From Methanomassiliicoccales archaeon (lineage in GTDB: Archaea > Thermoplasmatota > Thermoplasmata > Methanomassiliicoccales > UBA472), in NCBI GenBank assembly GCA_036504055.1, contig DASXVU010000045.1, positions 70,147 to 134,146 of the forward strand: 64,000 bases of DNA, read 5' to 3'. Shown piece by piece: positions 46,720 to 57,400 of this stretch (the stretch's first letter is position 1; each line of letters begins with the position of its first letter). Made by a program: the position numbers and the translations under genes. The notes under the pieces are model-generated. The model saw nothing but the letters and a program-made list of their open reading frames with translations. It was not told the DNA's origin and did not search any database.

Positions 46720-47029
46720 AAAGAACAGGGCACAAGAAATGGCGGAGAAGTACATCGCGCGTGTCAAGATCGCCAAGGACGAGGCGAAGAAAGCCTTCGA
46801 GAAGAGCATGTCTGAGCTGGACCAGATCGGCACCGACATGTACGAGGACATGAGGGTCAACCTGAAAGAGAACGGTGTCGACCTGGACAAGATGCAGGCT
46901 AAGATGAAGGAAGGCCTGATGAAGGACAAGGACGAGCTGCAAAAGAACTTCTGGCACATGGAGAGCCGCTTGGTCAAGTTCGGGGAGGACATCGAAAAGG
47001 AGGTCCGAAGGACCTTTAAGCAGCCTTAA
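46712..47029 (+). CDS. Small charged amphipathic helical protein
   Basis: 105 aa, rich in K/E/M; SD GAGGAG; overlaps the regulator stop. Confidence 0.75.
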   Translation: MAEKNRAQEMAEKYIARVKIAKDEAKKAFEKSMSELDQIGTDMYEDMRVNLKENGVDLDKMQAKMKEGLMKDKDELQKNFWHMESRLVKFGEDIEKEVRRTFKQP

Positions 47030-47068
47030 TATAGAAGAACAAATAATGTACTATATCATAATAGGTTG

Positions 47069-47083
47069 TCAACCCATGGTTGA
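47069..47083. promoter_or_regulatory. Palindromic operator upstream of cdc48
   Basis: Perfect TCAAC-N5-GTTGA directly downstream of a TATATCATAATA element. Confidence 0.55.
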
Positions 47084-47135
47084 TATCCAAGAATGGATCA
47101 TGGAACGACCGTAATCATAACAAGAAGGACTGAAG

Positions 47136-49319
47136 ATGAGCGATTCCGAAAAAGTGCTTAAGGTGGCAGAAGCCAAGTCAAAGGATGCCGGAAGAGGCAT
47201 AGCCAGAGTTGACCCGGCAGTCATGGAGGTGCTTGAGATCACCGCCGGCGATGTCGTCCAGATCGAGGGCAAGAAAAGAACGGTGGCGATCGTCTGGCCA
47301 GGCTATAACGAGGACGCTAACCGGGGCTTGATCCGCATCGATGGCACGATACGCCGCAATGCGAGCGTCGGCATAGACGACAAAGTGGCCCTGCGTAAGG
47401 TCAATGTCAAGCCAGCCCAGAAGATCGCGTTCGCGCCCATGGAAGAGCTCAAGATAATGGGGGGCGAGGAATACCTTGGCCAGGCCCTCGAAGGAAGGGT
47501 GGTCACCCGTGGTGACGTCATTGAGATCAACGTCATGGGACGCCGGATAGACCTGGTCGTGATGACCCACGCACCGTCCACAGATGCGGTCATGATAATG
47601 CGCGACACCGATGTGAAGATCTCCGAGAAGCCGTCAAAGGAAGGCATGTCGAAGATCCCCAAGGTCACCTACGAGGACATCGGCGGACTGGGTGACGAGG
47701 TGAAGAAGGTCAGGGAAATGATCGAGCTCCCGCTGCGTCATCCGGAACTGTTCGAGCGCCTCGGGGTGGAAGCGCCCAAGGGCGTGCTTCTGCATGGCCC
47801 TCCAGGTACTGGCAAGACACTGCTGGCAAAGGCCGTGGCCGGGGAGACCAACGCCAATTTCATCTACATCGGCGGACCGGAGATCATGTCCAAGTTCTAT
47901 GGAGAATCCGAGGAACGCCTTCGTGAGATATTCAAACAGGCGGAGGCGAACGCGCCGACCATCATATTCATCGACGAGATCGATTCCATCGCGCCGAAGC
48001 GCGACGAGGTCACCGGTGAGACCGAAAGAAGGGTGGTGGCCCAGTTACTGGCTTTGATGGACGGTCTGGAATCGAGAGGGAAGGTCGTGGTCATCGGCGC
48101 CACAAACCGTCCCAACGCGCTGGACCCGGCGCTGCGGCGTCCCGGCCGGTTCGATCGGGAGATCGAGATCAACATCCCGAACCAGGAAGGACGGTTGGAC
48201 ATCCTGGGCATTCACACCAGGGGCATGCCGCTGGAGAAGGACGTGGACCTGGAGAAGCTGGCCCGGTTGACTCACGGATACGCCGGGGCCGACCTGCAGG
48301 CACTGACGAAGGAGGCGGCCATACACTCTCTGCGCCGGATACTGCCGGAACTGGACCTGGAGCTCGAGAGCATCCCGTCCGAAGTGCTGGCCAAGATAGT
48401 GGTCAAGAAGGATGATTTCTTTGCGGCGCTGAGGGAGATGCAGCCGGCGAGCCTGCGCGAGGTTCTGGTAGAATCGCCGAACCTGCACTGGTCCGACATA
48501 GGCGGTCTGGCCGATGCCAAGAAGGAGCTCGTCGAGGCGGTGGAGTGGCCGCTCAAGTACGGGGCCCTCTTCGACAAGATGGATGCCAAACCTCCGAAGG
48601 GCATACTGCTATACGGACCACCGGGCACCGGCAAGACCATGCTGGCCAAGGCAGTGGCCACAGAGAGCGAGGCGAACTTCATCAATGTGAAGGGGCCGGA
48701 GTTCCTGAACAAATGGGTTGGGGAATCGGAAAAGGCGGTGCGGGAGACGTTCCGCAAGGCGCGTCAGGCAGCCCCATGCATCATATTCATGGACGAGATC
48801 GATTCCATCGCCCCGGTGAGGGGGACCGGCTCGGACTCCCAGGTGACCGAACGGGTCATCAGCCAGCTGCTGACGGAAATGGACGGGCTGGAGTCATTGC
48901 ACAACGTTGTGGTGATCGCCGCCACCAACCGTCCGGACATCATCGACCCGGCCCTGATGAGGCCAGGAAGGTTCGACAAGATGGTGCAGGTGAAGGCGCC
49001 GGACCTGGAGACCAGGAAGGCGGTGCTGGAAGTGCATCTCAGGTCGAAGCCTCTGGCGGCGGATGTCAATGTCGACGAGATCGCCAAACGCACCGACGGC
49101 TATACCGGGGCGGACCTGGCCGCCGTGGCCAATGAAGGCACCATGCTGGCCATCAGGGAACTGGTGGCTGAGGGCGAGGACGTCACGGATGAGAGGATCA
49201 ACATGAAGAAGGTGACAATGGCCCACCTGCTGAAGGCGATCGAGAAGTTCCGTCCCATATCCAAGAAGGAAATGAACAAGTTCGAGATGGCCTACAAGGA
49301 TTTCGAGTATGTCAGGTGA
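47136..49319 (+). CDS. cdc48: CDC48/VCP-like AAA+ ATPase (VAT)
   Basis: N-domain plus two AAA modules (GPPGTGKT twice; DEID twice; RPGRFD twice). Confidence 0.96.
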   Translation: MSDSEKVLKVAEAKSKDAGRGIARVDPAVMEVLEITAGDVVQIEGKKRTVAIVWPGYNEDANRGLIRIDGTIRRNASVGIDDKVALRKVNVKPAQKIAFAPMEELKIMGGEEYLGQALEGRVVTRGDVIEINVMGRRIDLVVMTHAPSTDAVMIMRDTDVKISEKPSKEGMSKIPKVTYEDIGGLGDEVKKVREMIELPLRHPELFERLGVEAPKGVLLHGPPGTGKTLLAKAVAGETNANFIYIGGPEIMSKFYGESEERLREIFKQAEANAPTIIFIDEIDSIAPKRDEVTGETERRVVAQLLALMDGLESRGKVVVIGATNRPNALDPALRRPGRFDREIEINIPNQEGRLDILGIHTRGMPLEKDVDLEKLARLTHGYAGADLQALTKEAAIHSLRRILPELDLELESIPSEVLAKIVVKKDDFFAALREMQPASLREVLVESPNLHWSDIGGLADAKKELVEAVEWPLKYGALFDKMDAKPPKGILLYGPPGTGKTMLAKAVATESEANFINVKGPEFLNKWVGESEKAVRETFRKARQAAPCIIFMDEIDSIAPVRGTGSDSQVTERVISQLLTEMDGLESLHNVVVIAATNRPDIIDPALMRPGRFDKMVQVKAPDLETRKAVLEVHLRSKPLAADVNVDEIAKRTDGYTGADLAAVANEGTMLAIRELVAEGEDVTDERINMKKVTMAHLLKAIEKFRPISKKEMNKFEMAYKDFEYVR

Positions 49320-49325
49320 TGAAGA

Positions 49326-49853
49326 ATGGCAAAAACGGAGAGGAAGAGGACTGATGACATCAACGACAACTTCTCCAATTTCGATGAGGAGTTCGAGGAG
49401 ATGAGAGCACGCATGGACAGGATAATGGAACAGATGCTTACGGGTGAATTCGGTCTCGGTGGAGAAACAAAGATGTACGGAGTGTCGATGAGGATGGGGC
49501 CGGATGGGCAGCCCCATATCCAGGAGTTTGGGAACGTCAAGCCAATTGCACCAGAAAAGGTGAAGGAGATCTCACCGATAGAACCCCTCGTGGATGTGCT
49601 CCAGGAGAAGGACAAGGTGCGGGTCATAATCGAACTTCCAGGAGTGCAGAAGGATGACATAGGCGCCAAAGCGGATGGCCTTTGGCTCGAGGTCTCCGTG
49701 GACACTGAGAACAGAAAGTTCTCAAAACGTATCGAACTCCCTTGCCCGGTCAGATCCGGTACTGAGGCTGTGAGCTATAGGAACGGCGTACTGGACATCA
49801 CCTTGGATAGGGAACCGCCTAAAAGACGGAAGAAGAAGACGATCGTCGAGTGA
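49326..49853 (+). CDS. hsp20: Archaeal small heat-shock protein Hsp20
   Basis: PHIQEFGNV, EPLVDV, IELPGVQK, YRNGVLDI. Confidence 0.9.
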   Translation: MAKTERKRTDDINDNFSNFDEEFEEMRARMDRIMEQMLTGEFGLGGETKMYGVSMRMGPDGQPHIQEFGNVKPIAPEKVKEISPIEPLVDVLQEKDKVRVIIELPGVQKDDIGAKADGLWLEVSVDTENRKFSKRIELPCPVRSGTEAVSYRNGVLDITLDREPPKRRKKKTIVE

Positions 49854-49865
49854 TGACCGTCTTCC

Positions 49866-49883
49866 ATTTTTTTTTCCTTTTTT
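49866..49883 (+). terminator. Archaeal oligo-T terminator after hsp20
   Basis: ATTTTTTTTTCCTTTTTT just after the stop. Confidence 0.65.
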
Positions 49884-49968
49884 CAGCTCCAGACCTAGAA
49901 ATTCCGTAGTTCCATGGCCTCGGTTTTTCCCAATGGTTATATAGAAGAACAGATGAATCTAGTGCTTC

Positions 49969-50928
49969 GTGCAGCGCGATGAGCTCATCAACGGCGTGAG
50001 AAACACGCTCGAGAAGGTCGGGTTCACGGTCTCCAAGCCGCTGAACATGCGCAGCATAAGCTTTGACATTGTTGCCAGGCGGGACAAGACCCTGCTGTTG
50101 GTCAAGATCCTCTCCAATGTCGACGCTTTCTCCAAGGACAATTCCGAGGAGGTGAAGACCCTGGCAGAGGCTCTGGGCGGCTCACCCCTGCTGGTCGGGG
50201 AGAGGTCCGGCGCGGGGGAGATAGAGCAAGGTATCGTCTATTCTAGATTCAGCGTTCCCATCGTGTCCCTGAACACGCTCAAGGACCTTCTTCTGGAAGA
50301 GGTGCCCCCATTCATCTTCGCCGCTCCGGGCGGCCTGTACGTCAAACTGGACAGCGACCTGCTGAAACGCCTTAGGGAGGAGAAGAGCATCTCCCTGGGT
50401 AACCTGGCAGAGGTGGCAGGCGTGTCGCGCCGGACCATCCAGATGTACGAGACCGGCATGGGGGCGATGATCGATGTGGCCATCCGTCTCGAGGAGTTCC
50501 TGGACCAGCCGATAGTGCTGCCGGTGGACCCCCTCAGCTACAAACCGGAGACGTCCGAAAGGCCGAAGGTCAACATGGAGAAGTATGACCAGTTCACCAG
50601 AGAGGTGTTCTCGATCCTCACCGGGCTGGGACTGACCATCACCCCTACCCAGAAATGCCCGTTCGAAGCGCTGACGGTCGATCGTGACATGCTGATACTG
50701 ACCGGCCTCGGCAAGGACGATACCAAGCTCCGGGAGAAGGCCCGGGTGGTGGCTGACATATCCGTCGTCACCGGTCGCGAGTCGGTCATATTCATCGAGA
50801 AGGTGCGCACGCGCCAGAGCATCGAAGGCACCCCCCTGATCGGACGCGATGAGCTGCAGAAGATTCAAGAGTCGGAGAAGCTTCGGGCACTGGTCAGCAA
50901 GAGAAGTGAACCTGATGAGAAGCGTTGA
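49969..50928 (+). CDS. Conserved archaeal HTH-type regulator (nuclease-like fold plus Cro-type HTH)
   Basis: FDIVARR..LLLVKILSNVD, LAEVAGVSRRTIQMYE. Confidence 0.82.
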   Translation: MQRDELINGVRNTLEKVGFTVSKPLNMRSISFDIVARRDKTLLLVKILSNVDAFSKDNSEEVKTLAEALGGSPLLVGERSGAGEIEQGIVYSRFSVPIVSLNTLKDLLLEEVPPFIFAAPGGLYVKLDSDLLKRLREEKSISLGNLAEVAGVSRRTIQMYETGMGAMIDVAIRLEEFLDQPIVLPVDPLSYKPETSERPKVNMEKYDQFTREVFSILTGLGLTITPTQKCPFEALTVDRDMLILTGLGKDDTKLREKARVVADISVVTGRESVIFIEKVRTRQSIEGTPLIGRDELQKIQESEKLRALVSKRSEPDEKR

Positions 50929-51544
50929 GATCGACGGCTCCACGATACTGTTCCTGCCGGTCGTGAAGGGCCTTGTTTCAGAGGGAGAAGCGGTGGAGAA
51001 GGCCATCAACGATGAGAACCCGGATGTCATAGCCATCTCGGTATCCAAGGAGGAACTGGCCGCCTTGGGGAACAAGGAGGACTATGACAAGTACGAACCG
51101 AGCGACATCGAGGAGATCTATTCGGTCCTGCTCGAATCCTTCGGAGATGTCAAGATACCCCCTCCAGGCTATGTGAGGGCAAGGGACGTCGGCACCGAAA
51201 TGGCCATCGCCCTTATCCCGATCGACATGAACGAGGAGCTCTACACCGAGACCTATTGCCGCGAGGTCGGGGGGACCGACCTTATCCGGGAGTCCATGTT
51301 CGTCAAACGCGCGCAGCGTAAGCGCTTCGATCTGTCCTCAGCAGGGGCATTCGCCGTCGATTGGGACAAGAAGGTCAACAAGCCCGGCGGATTCCGCAAG
51401 CTCAATGCGGAACGCGAGGAGCACATGGCGGAGGCGCTGGGAAAGCTCGCCGGAAAATACCGGAAGATCATGGCGGTCATCGAGTACGAACGGGCGGAGA
51501 ACGTGGAGAAGCTCCTGACGAGTAAATCAGCTCAACATTCTTAA
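50915..51544 (+). CDS. Conserved hypothetical protein (possibly TraB-like)
   Basis: Overlaps the previous stop; ENPDVIAISVS pattern. Confidence 0.6.
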   Translation: MRSVEIDGSTILFLPVVKGLVSEGEAVEKAINDENPDVIAISVSKEELAALGNKEDYDKYEPSDIEEIYSVLLESFGDVKIPPPGYVRARDVGTEMAIALIPIDMNEELYTETYCREVGGTDLIRESMFVKRAQRKRFDLSSAGAFAVDWDKKVNKPGGFRKLNAEREEHMAEALGKLAGKYRKIMAVIEYERAENVEKLLTSKSAQHS

Positions 51545-51567
51545 ATAGCGCCCAGCCGTCTCTCTGG

Positions 51568-53250
51568 TTGATGCCAGCATCGAATGGCGGGACGGCTTGG
51601 GAAAAATTCTCGGCCAAAGGTGACGGGCTCATCGCTTTCCTGGAGAAGGAGCGGCTTCCGATCATCGGTGTTTTCGTCTACGTCATACTGCTGGCTTTAG
51701 GCCGGGACATGGCCGAGTACTACCTGTTGGACGCCGAGTTCGTCAACACCGTGCATCCCTGGATCTTCAGCATCGCCCACCACGTCTCCTTCTATGTGGT
51801 GGTGTTCCTGGGGCTGGTGCTGTTGCTTACGGCCTTCTCGGGAAGGGGTTTCCGTCGCTCCCTTAACCTCATCACCAACATCTATTGGCTAATTCTCATC
51901 CCCCCGTTCCTGGACCATTTCGTGTTCGGACTGAACGAGAGCTATGCCTATTTTTCCTGGACCGAATACCTTAATGCGTTCTTCCAGTTCCGAGGGCGGA
52001 CCTTTCATCCAGGGCAGGGATTGGAGGTGGCCGCGTTCCTGTTCGCGCTGTTCGCCTACGTGATCTGGACCCAAAGGAACAGCCTCTTCTTCATCAAGGA
52101 GAGAGCGGTAACGCTACTGCGCGTTTTCTTCCTGGTCCTTTTCACCATCATCTCGATGTTCATAGTCGCCACCCCTGGAGCTTACCTCCCGGTCGGCAAC
52201 ATCGACGGCATGCCGGCCTTCCCCTACTTTGACCAGACGAAGTACTTCCAGTTCCATCTGTTCCTGGTGATGTATTACGTCGTCGCAGGCCTGCTCCTGG
52301 TGACGGTGATCGCATATATGGCCATGAAGGGCTCCTTCCGCCGCCAGATCGCCAGCATGCGGCCGTTCCAGACCCTGTTCTTCGGCATGATCGTGGCCGG
52401 AGGGATGGTGGTCGGATGGAGGACGGTCGATCCGGAACTGGTGATGTCGATAACCCAGACCCCTTACTGGGTGAACATCACTTACGTTATCCTATCGATA
52501 GCGTCTGCCCTCCCGGCCTGGCAGGTCAGCACCATCTGGAACGATATCGCCGATAGCGGGTTCGACGATCCGACTAAGACCTGGAGAACGATCGCGTCCG
52601 GGACCGTGGACCGGGGCACTATGTTCCAAGGGTCCATCGTCATGATGCTGGTGGCTCTGATGGTGGCGCTCCTTCTCTCCTTCACGGAGTTCCTGTTGTT
52701 GGCCCTGATCTTCGTCCTTTCCTATCTGTATTCGTTCAAGCCGGTGCGTTTCAAGGAGCAGGTGATGAGCCCGGCGCTGATCGGCATCGGGGCATCGTTG
52801 GCGTTCCTCTACGGCTACCTGACGCCATACACCGTGGTCGTGACCCAATACCAGTATGACACGCCGGTGATCTTCTTGACGGGGGCGGTGGGGGTCGCCC
52901 CGCTGAGCCTGACGTCCTTCATGATCGCCGCCGTCATATTCCTCGGACTGGTCATCGGGTCGATGGTGACCGACGTTTCCGGCTACGAAGAAGACAAAAA
53001 GGCCAACGTGAGGACCGTATACACCAAGCTAGGTTTGGGAAAGGGGGCATTGCTGGTCTCGGCCCTGATATTGGTCGCTTCCTTCACTCCCTTGGTGCTT
53101 TTCTCCAGACCGACGGATCTTGTCCTGTTCCCTGTGATGGGCGTGGTTGCCGCGGGATGCTTCTACAGGTACCGGAGCTCACGGCTGGTCATGGGCGTGG
53201 CGCTGATCGGCTTCATTTATGCGACCCTCAGGTATCTGGGCATGATCTAG
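51568..53250 (+). CDS. UbiA-family prenyltransferase-like protein with a large N-terminal multi-TM extension
   Basis: C-terminal half has NDIADSGFD...RTIASG and TDVSGYEED..NVRT motifs; 560 aa. Confidence 0.72.
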   Translation: MMPASNGGTAWEKFSAKGDGLIAFLEKERLPIIGVFVYVILLALGRDMAEYYLLDAEFVNTVHPWIFSIAHHVSFYVVVFLGLVLLLTAFSGRGFRRSLNLITNIYWLILIPPFLDHFVFGLNESYAYFSWTEYLNAFFQFRGRTFHPGQGLEVAAFLFALFAYVIWTQRNSLFFIKERAVTLLRVFFLVLFTIISMFIVATPGAYLPVGNIDGMPAFPYFDQTKYFQFHLFLVMYYVVAGLLLVTVIAYMAMKGSFRRQIASMRPFQTLFFGMIVAGGMVVGWRTVDPELVMSITQTPYWVNITYVILSIASALPAWQVSTIWNDIADSGFDDPTKTWRTIASGTVDRGTMFQGSIVMMLVALMVALLLSFTEFLLLALIFVLSYLYSFKPVRFKEQVMSPALIGIGASLAFLYGYLTPYTVVVTQYQYDTPVIFLTGAVGVAPLSLTSFMIAAVIFLGLVIGSMVTDVSGYEEDKKANVRTVYTKLGLGKGALLVSALILVASFTPLVLFSRPTDLVLFPVMGVVAAGCFYRYRSSRLVMGVALIGFIYATLRYLGMI

Positions 53251-53252
53251 GA

Positions 53253-54431
53253 TCAGAGCGAGGAGAAGAAAAGTCTCGGGAAGGACGGTATCGTCTCCGC
53301 CAGCAATCTCCGCCAATCGTCCGCCCCGACCGCTATCCCCTCGGAAGCGCGGACGATGCCCTCATAGCCGATCACGTTTCCGAAGAACTTGTCAGTGTCT
53401 ACCACGCCGATGAGCCAGTGCAGGACCGGGGCGATGATCTCGGCGGCCCTCATGTCCCTTACGATGTTGTCTTTGCAGAGCCGGTCATATCTTGCCAACG
53501 GATCTTTCACTGAACCGGACAGCAGGCCTTTGAGAGCCTCGGTGGCATAACCGGCGCTCTGGAAGGCGTAGGACATGCCCTCTCCGCTGATCGCGCTCGT
53601 GAGACCTCCGGAGTCTCCCACCAACAGCGTTCGTCTGGTGTGCAGCACTTTACGCGCCCGAAGTGGGATCGGGTGGGCCGCGTAACCGCTGATGTCCGGC
53701 AGGACCCCCGTTCTCCGTTCCAGGTCAGTGGAAACCGTGACCATCGCCTTCCCCATCGCCTCGGCGGAATAGCCCGAACCCACAACCCCGATGTTGCATC
53801 CGGTGCGCAGCGGGAACATCCATCCCATGAGAGGGAAGCCTGGACCCCAGCGTATATGCTTCGTCGGAGAGTCGATGAGGAAAAGCTCAATCATATCGCC
53901 ACGATCGATGTCCTCGTTGCACTCCACCGCCATGCCAATGGAGGAGAACTTCCCTGGATAAGGACCGTACAACCGGCTGGCGTTAACGCTGGTCGCCCCT
54001 TCGGCGATGATCAGGGCTTTTGCCCGGAGATCGCTGGCACCGACCTGGCAGTCGACGCCGCCTTCATCCTCTCGTACATTCTCCAGCTTGTGGCCCTGCA
54101 ACACCTCACAACCGGCATTCTCCGCTTTCGCGACCAGGAACGCGTCGAACTTGGACCGGCGGACCATCGAGATGACGACCTTGCCGCTGTCGAGGGTGTG
54201 CATGTGCCCATCATGGACCACCTTGACCCCGGTGACCTTTCGTTCGAGTACGTCCTCTGGCACCGGGAAATCCAGCATGCCGAGGGCGCGCTGCATCACG
54301 CCGCCGGCACAGCATTTGCCGCGCGGAAGCTGCTCTCTCTCGATCAGACCGACCTTGTACCCGCTCTTGGCGAGCAGGTACGAGGCGTAGGAGCCGGAAG
54401 GTCCTGCCCCGGACACGAGCACATCGTACAC
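53253..54431 (-). CDS. Geranylgeranyl reductase family FAD-dependent oxidoreductase
   Basis: DVLVSGAGPSG, RRSKFD..L, GWMFP, LVGDSGG.....SGEGMSYA. Confidence 0.88.
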   Translation of the reverse strand: MYDVLVSGAGPSGSYASYLLAKSGYKVGLIEREQLPRGKCCAGGVMQRALGMLDFPVPEDVLERKVTGVKVVHDGHMHTLDSGKVVISMVRRSKFDAFLVAKAENAGCEVLQGHKLENVREDEGGVDCQVGASDLRAKALIIAEGATSVNASRLYGPYPGKFSSIGMAVECNEDIDRGDMIELFLIDSPTKHIRWGPGFPLMGWMFPLRTGCNIGVVGSGYSAEAMGKAMVTVSTDLERRTGVLPDISGYAAHPIPLRARKVLHTRRTLLVGDSGGLTSAISGEGMSYAFQSAGYATEALKGLLSGSVKDPLARYDRLCKDNIVRDMRAAEIIAPVLHWLIGVVDTDKFFGNVIGYEGIVRASEGIAVGADDWRRLLAETIPSFPRLFFSSL

Positions 54432-54455
54432 GACATTACCCGGTCCGGGACAGTC

Positions 54456-57400
54456 TTACTCCTTCCTCTTTCTTTCGGCCCGTTCGATTACCGCCTCGGC
54501 CACGACGATGCCGAAGACCCCGAAGAGGGGCCATAGGAACGTCAGGTCGACATAGCCGGTCTTGATGTTGATCACCGAGCCCGACGTGTCCAGCACATTC
54601 ACCGGCTGCTCGCTGAACTGCCATCCCCCGGAGGACTGCTGGCTCGTGTATATCCAAAGGGTCGATGTGCTTCCGGCGGTGTAGGTGTAACCCGGGCTGA
54701 AACCGATGGCCATGGCGATATCCATGAAACCGTCTCCGTTGAAGTCGCCTAGCTCGACCGCCTTGACGTCATACGCGTTCGTCCCGATCGCGGCGGACGC
54801 TGCCACCACTGGGATGTTGATTGGAACTCCCAGCTGGGTACCGGAATTGATGCTGGGGATGACGAACAGGGCGTGGTTGGCATCCCCATTCCCTATCATG
54901 GTGGTGCCTACCACAATGTCCAGATAACCGTCCGGCTTTGTATTACTATAGGACGGACCCACGTCCGCCACCGCCAAAGAGGTGATGTAGTTCGGGCTGC
55001 TTATGCCGGGTATCGACTTCTGCCATTTAGTGGAATCGAAGTCCCAGGAGACAGCCGGCGAGTAGTGCGTAATGTTCAACTTATTCACGCAAAGCGTATC
55101 ATTGACTATGTCCGTCGCCTGCCTGTTCGTGTCCTCGATCCTGATATAGTACTTCGAGTTCACTGTGTGCAGGAGCATCCCTGAGTAGTTCTTCTGGGTC
55201 GTGCTCGAGATGGTGAACAGGTGGAACCAGGTCTCATTGTCTGGTGAGTAGGACACATTGAACGAGTCCCCGGCAGTTTTGACCTTGGCGTTGATCGTCA
55301 GGTTGTGCCAGATCTCATTCGGTAGGTTTGGTATCTGCCAGTCCCACTGTACCTGTCGGGACACCGCAAACTTCACCTCTAGATATATGTAGTCGAAACG
55401 CACCGCGCCCGAACCCGTGGTTTCGTCGTTGTAATATCGGAAGCAAATGTTCTGCAGCTTCGCCCAGGTGTTTATGCTGTCGGCCCCTTGACCGTTAAAC
55501 AGATCATATGTCAAATTGACTGAGAGTTGGGTGTTAGTGGGTTTGATATTGGTGTTCATCCATGTGCTTCCGCCGTCCTTTGACCATTGCAGATAGCTAT
55601 TGCCATCGTAATCGGCCAACACCCAGTACTTGGTTCTCATCATGACCTGAGTGACCTGCATCCCACTGTACGACGAATCCGCACTGGCCATGGCGACGCT
55701 GAGCGTCTGATGTCTGTCCACATTGTAGGTTTGTCCGTCATCGCGCTGCAGATTCGACACTGTCTGATTTATGGTCGTATCCCCTGCTGCTTTCGTTATT
55801 GGCCTATCGAACAGGACAGAAGAGTTCTGGAAGACCTCTGTTAGGTTCTCCCATTTGTTGTCTATCGCAGTCAGATCGGCCTTGCTTCCAGTGACCTTGG
55901 CCGTAATCCCGGTCCCGCCATATTCAAGGACCGGGAAATTTTGTGTTTTGGTCGGTTCGGCCCTCTTCGTGATGATCACATAGACGGTGTTGACCGATGC
56001 CGCGGCCGCGCTGGTCCTCACGATATCAGGATAACCGTTGCCGTCCACATCAGCCACCCTAAGCCTAACGGCTCTGCCAGCCAATTCCCACGGCCCCGCG
56101 GTTCCCGGAACGGTCGGTACACTTGTCGATGGCATGAGCGATGCCGTGGTGTTGAACGCGGCATTGAACGGATCGGACGTCGACTGCACATCGCTCCACT
56201 GACTGAGCCATATCTTGGTGACACCGGTCTCATAGACCGCCACTATATCGTCGCATCCGTCCTGGTTGAAGTCCCCTGTGGCAATGTCGATGGCCGCTGG
56301 GTTGTTGTTGCCGTTAGCGTCCAGGAGAGTTGCTCCCTGTTTGAAGGCCGGGAAGTAATCCCTTGATCCGTACAGTGGGGTCATCTTCCAATCCATGGCC
56401 CCACCGTTGTTCCACAGAACGTACAGACCGCGGTTGAAGAACATAGGGGTGTTCAGCGCTGGGTTTGATTTCGCTGCATCCTCAGTGGTCGCGGTGGAGT
56501 GAACGACCACATGGATAAGGCTGACAACGATGTCGGTATGACCGTTTCCGAAATTGCCTGCTGCCATTGCTCCAATGATGTCATAGGACGAATAATAATC
56601 GTTGTCGAACTCGGGTGTGTGACCCCAAGACGTCGTGGCCGCATAGACGGTAACGTCAGCGTTGCCCAGCCCTTTACTGCTGCCACCATCCTTCCAGAGG
56701 CCGGGGGTTCCGTCGAGGGATTTCATTAGACGGTAGGGATTTGACCATGATAGGCCATCAACTGACTGGCTGCGATACCAGGCGACACCGACGCTCGGGT
56801 CCTGGAATCCGACTGCCAGGTCCTGGCGGCTGTCTCCGTCCAGATCCGATTGTACCAGCCCTATTGGTCCATTATATGTCTTGGTCGGAAGGGCAATGTC
56901 TATCTTTTGCCATTGCCCGGTCACCTCGCCGTTCTTGAACCATGCGAGCTGGCTATTTTGCCAGGAGGCTCCGGATGAGCTCCAGGTGAAAGCGCCGGAA
57001 CCGATGCCCGCTATGATGTCCGTCATCGTCCGGGGAGCGGTGATGTTGAACTGGACGGTCAATGAGTGATACGTTTCACCGGTTGTCGAGTTGGCCCCAG
57101 CATCCTGGAACGTGTCTATCGTAAGGGTGTACGAGTTCCTCCTCGGCAGCCACCATCCGGCGTTCGCGTCGATGGGCTTGAAGTAGAAGGTGTAACGAGC
57201 CGACGGATCGTTGGATGATGTCTTCCCATCGGCTATCCAGGTTGCCCCGTTGGTTGAATCTGTCTTGAAGACCGAGCTGACCGGGGCGGTATAGATCGGA
57301 ACCTTGATGCCGGCCGGATTGGCCGCCGGCATTGTCGGGGTCTTTCTTACAACATAACGGCCAGAATAGTCGCTCACCGTCAGGTCGTTCATGAAGACGC

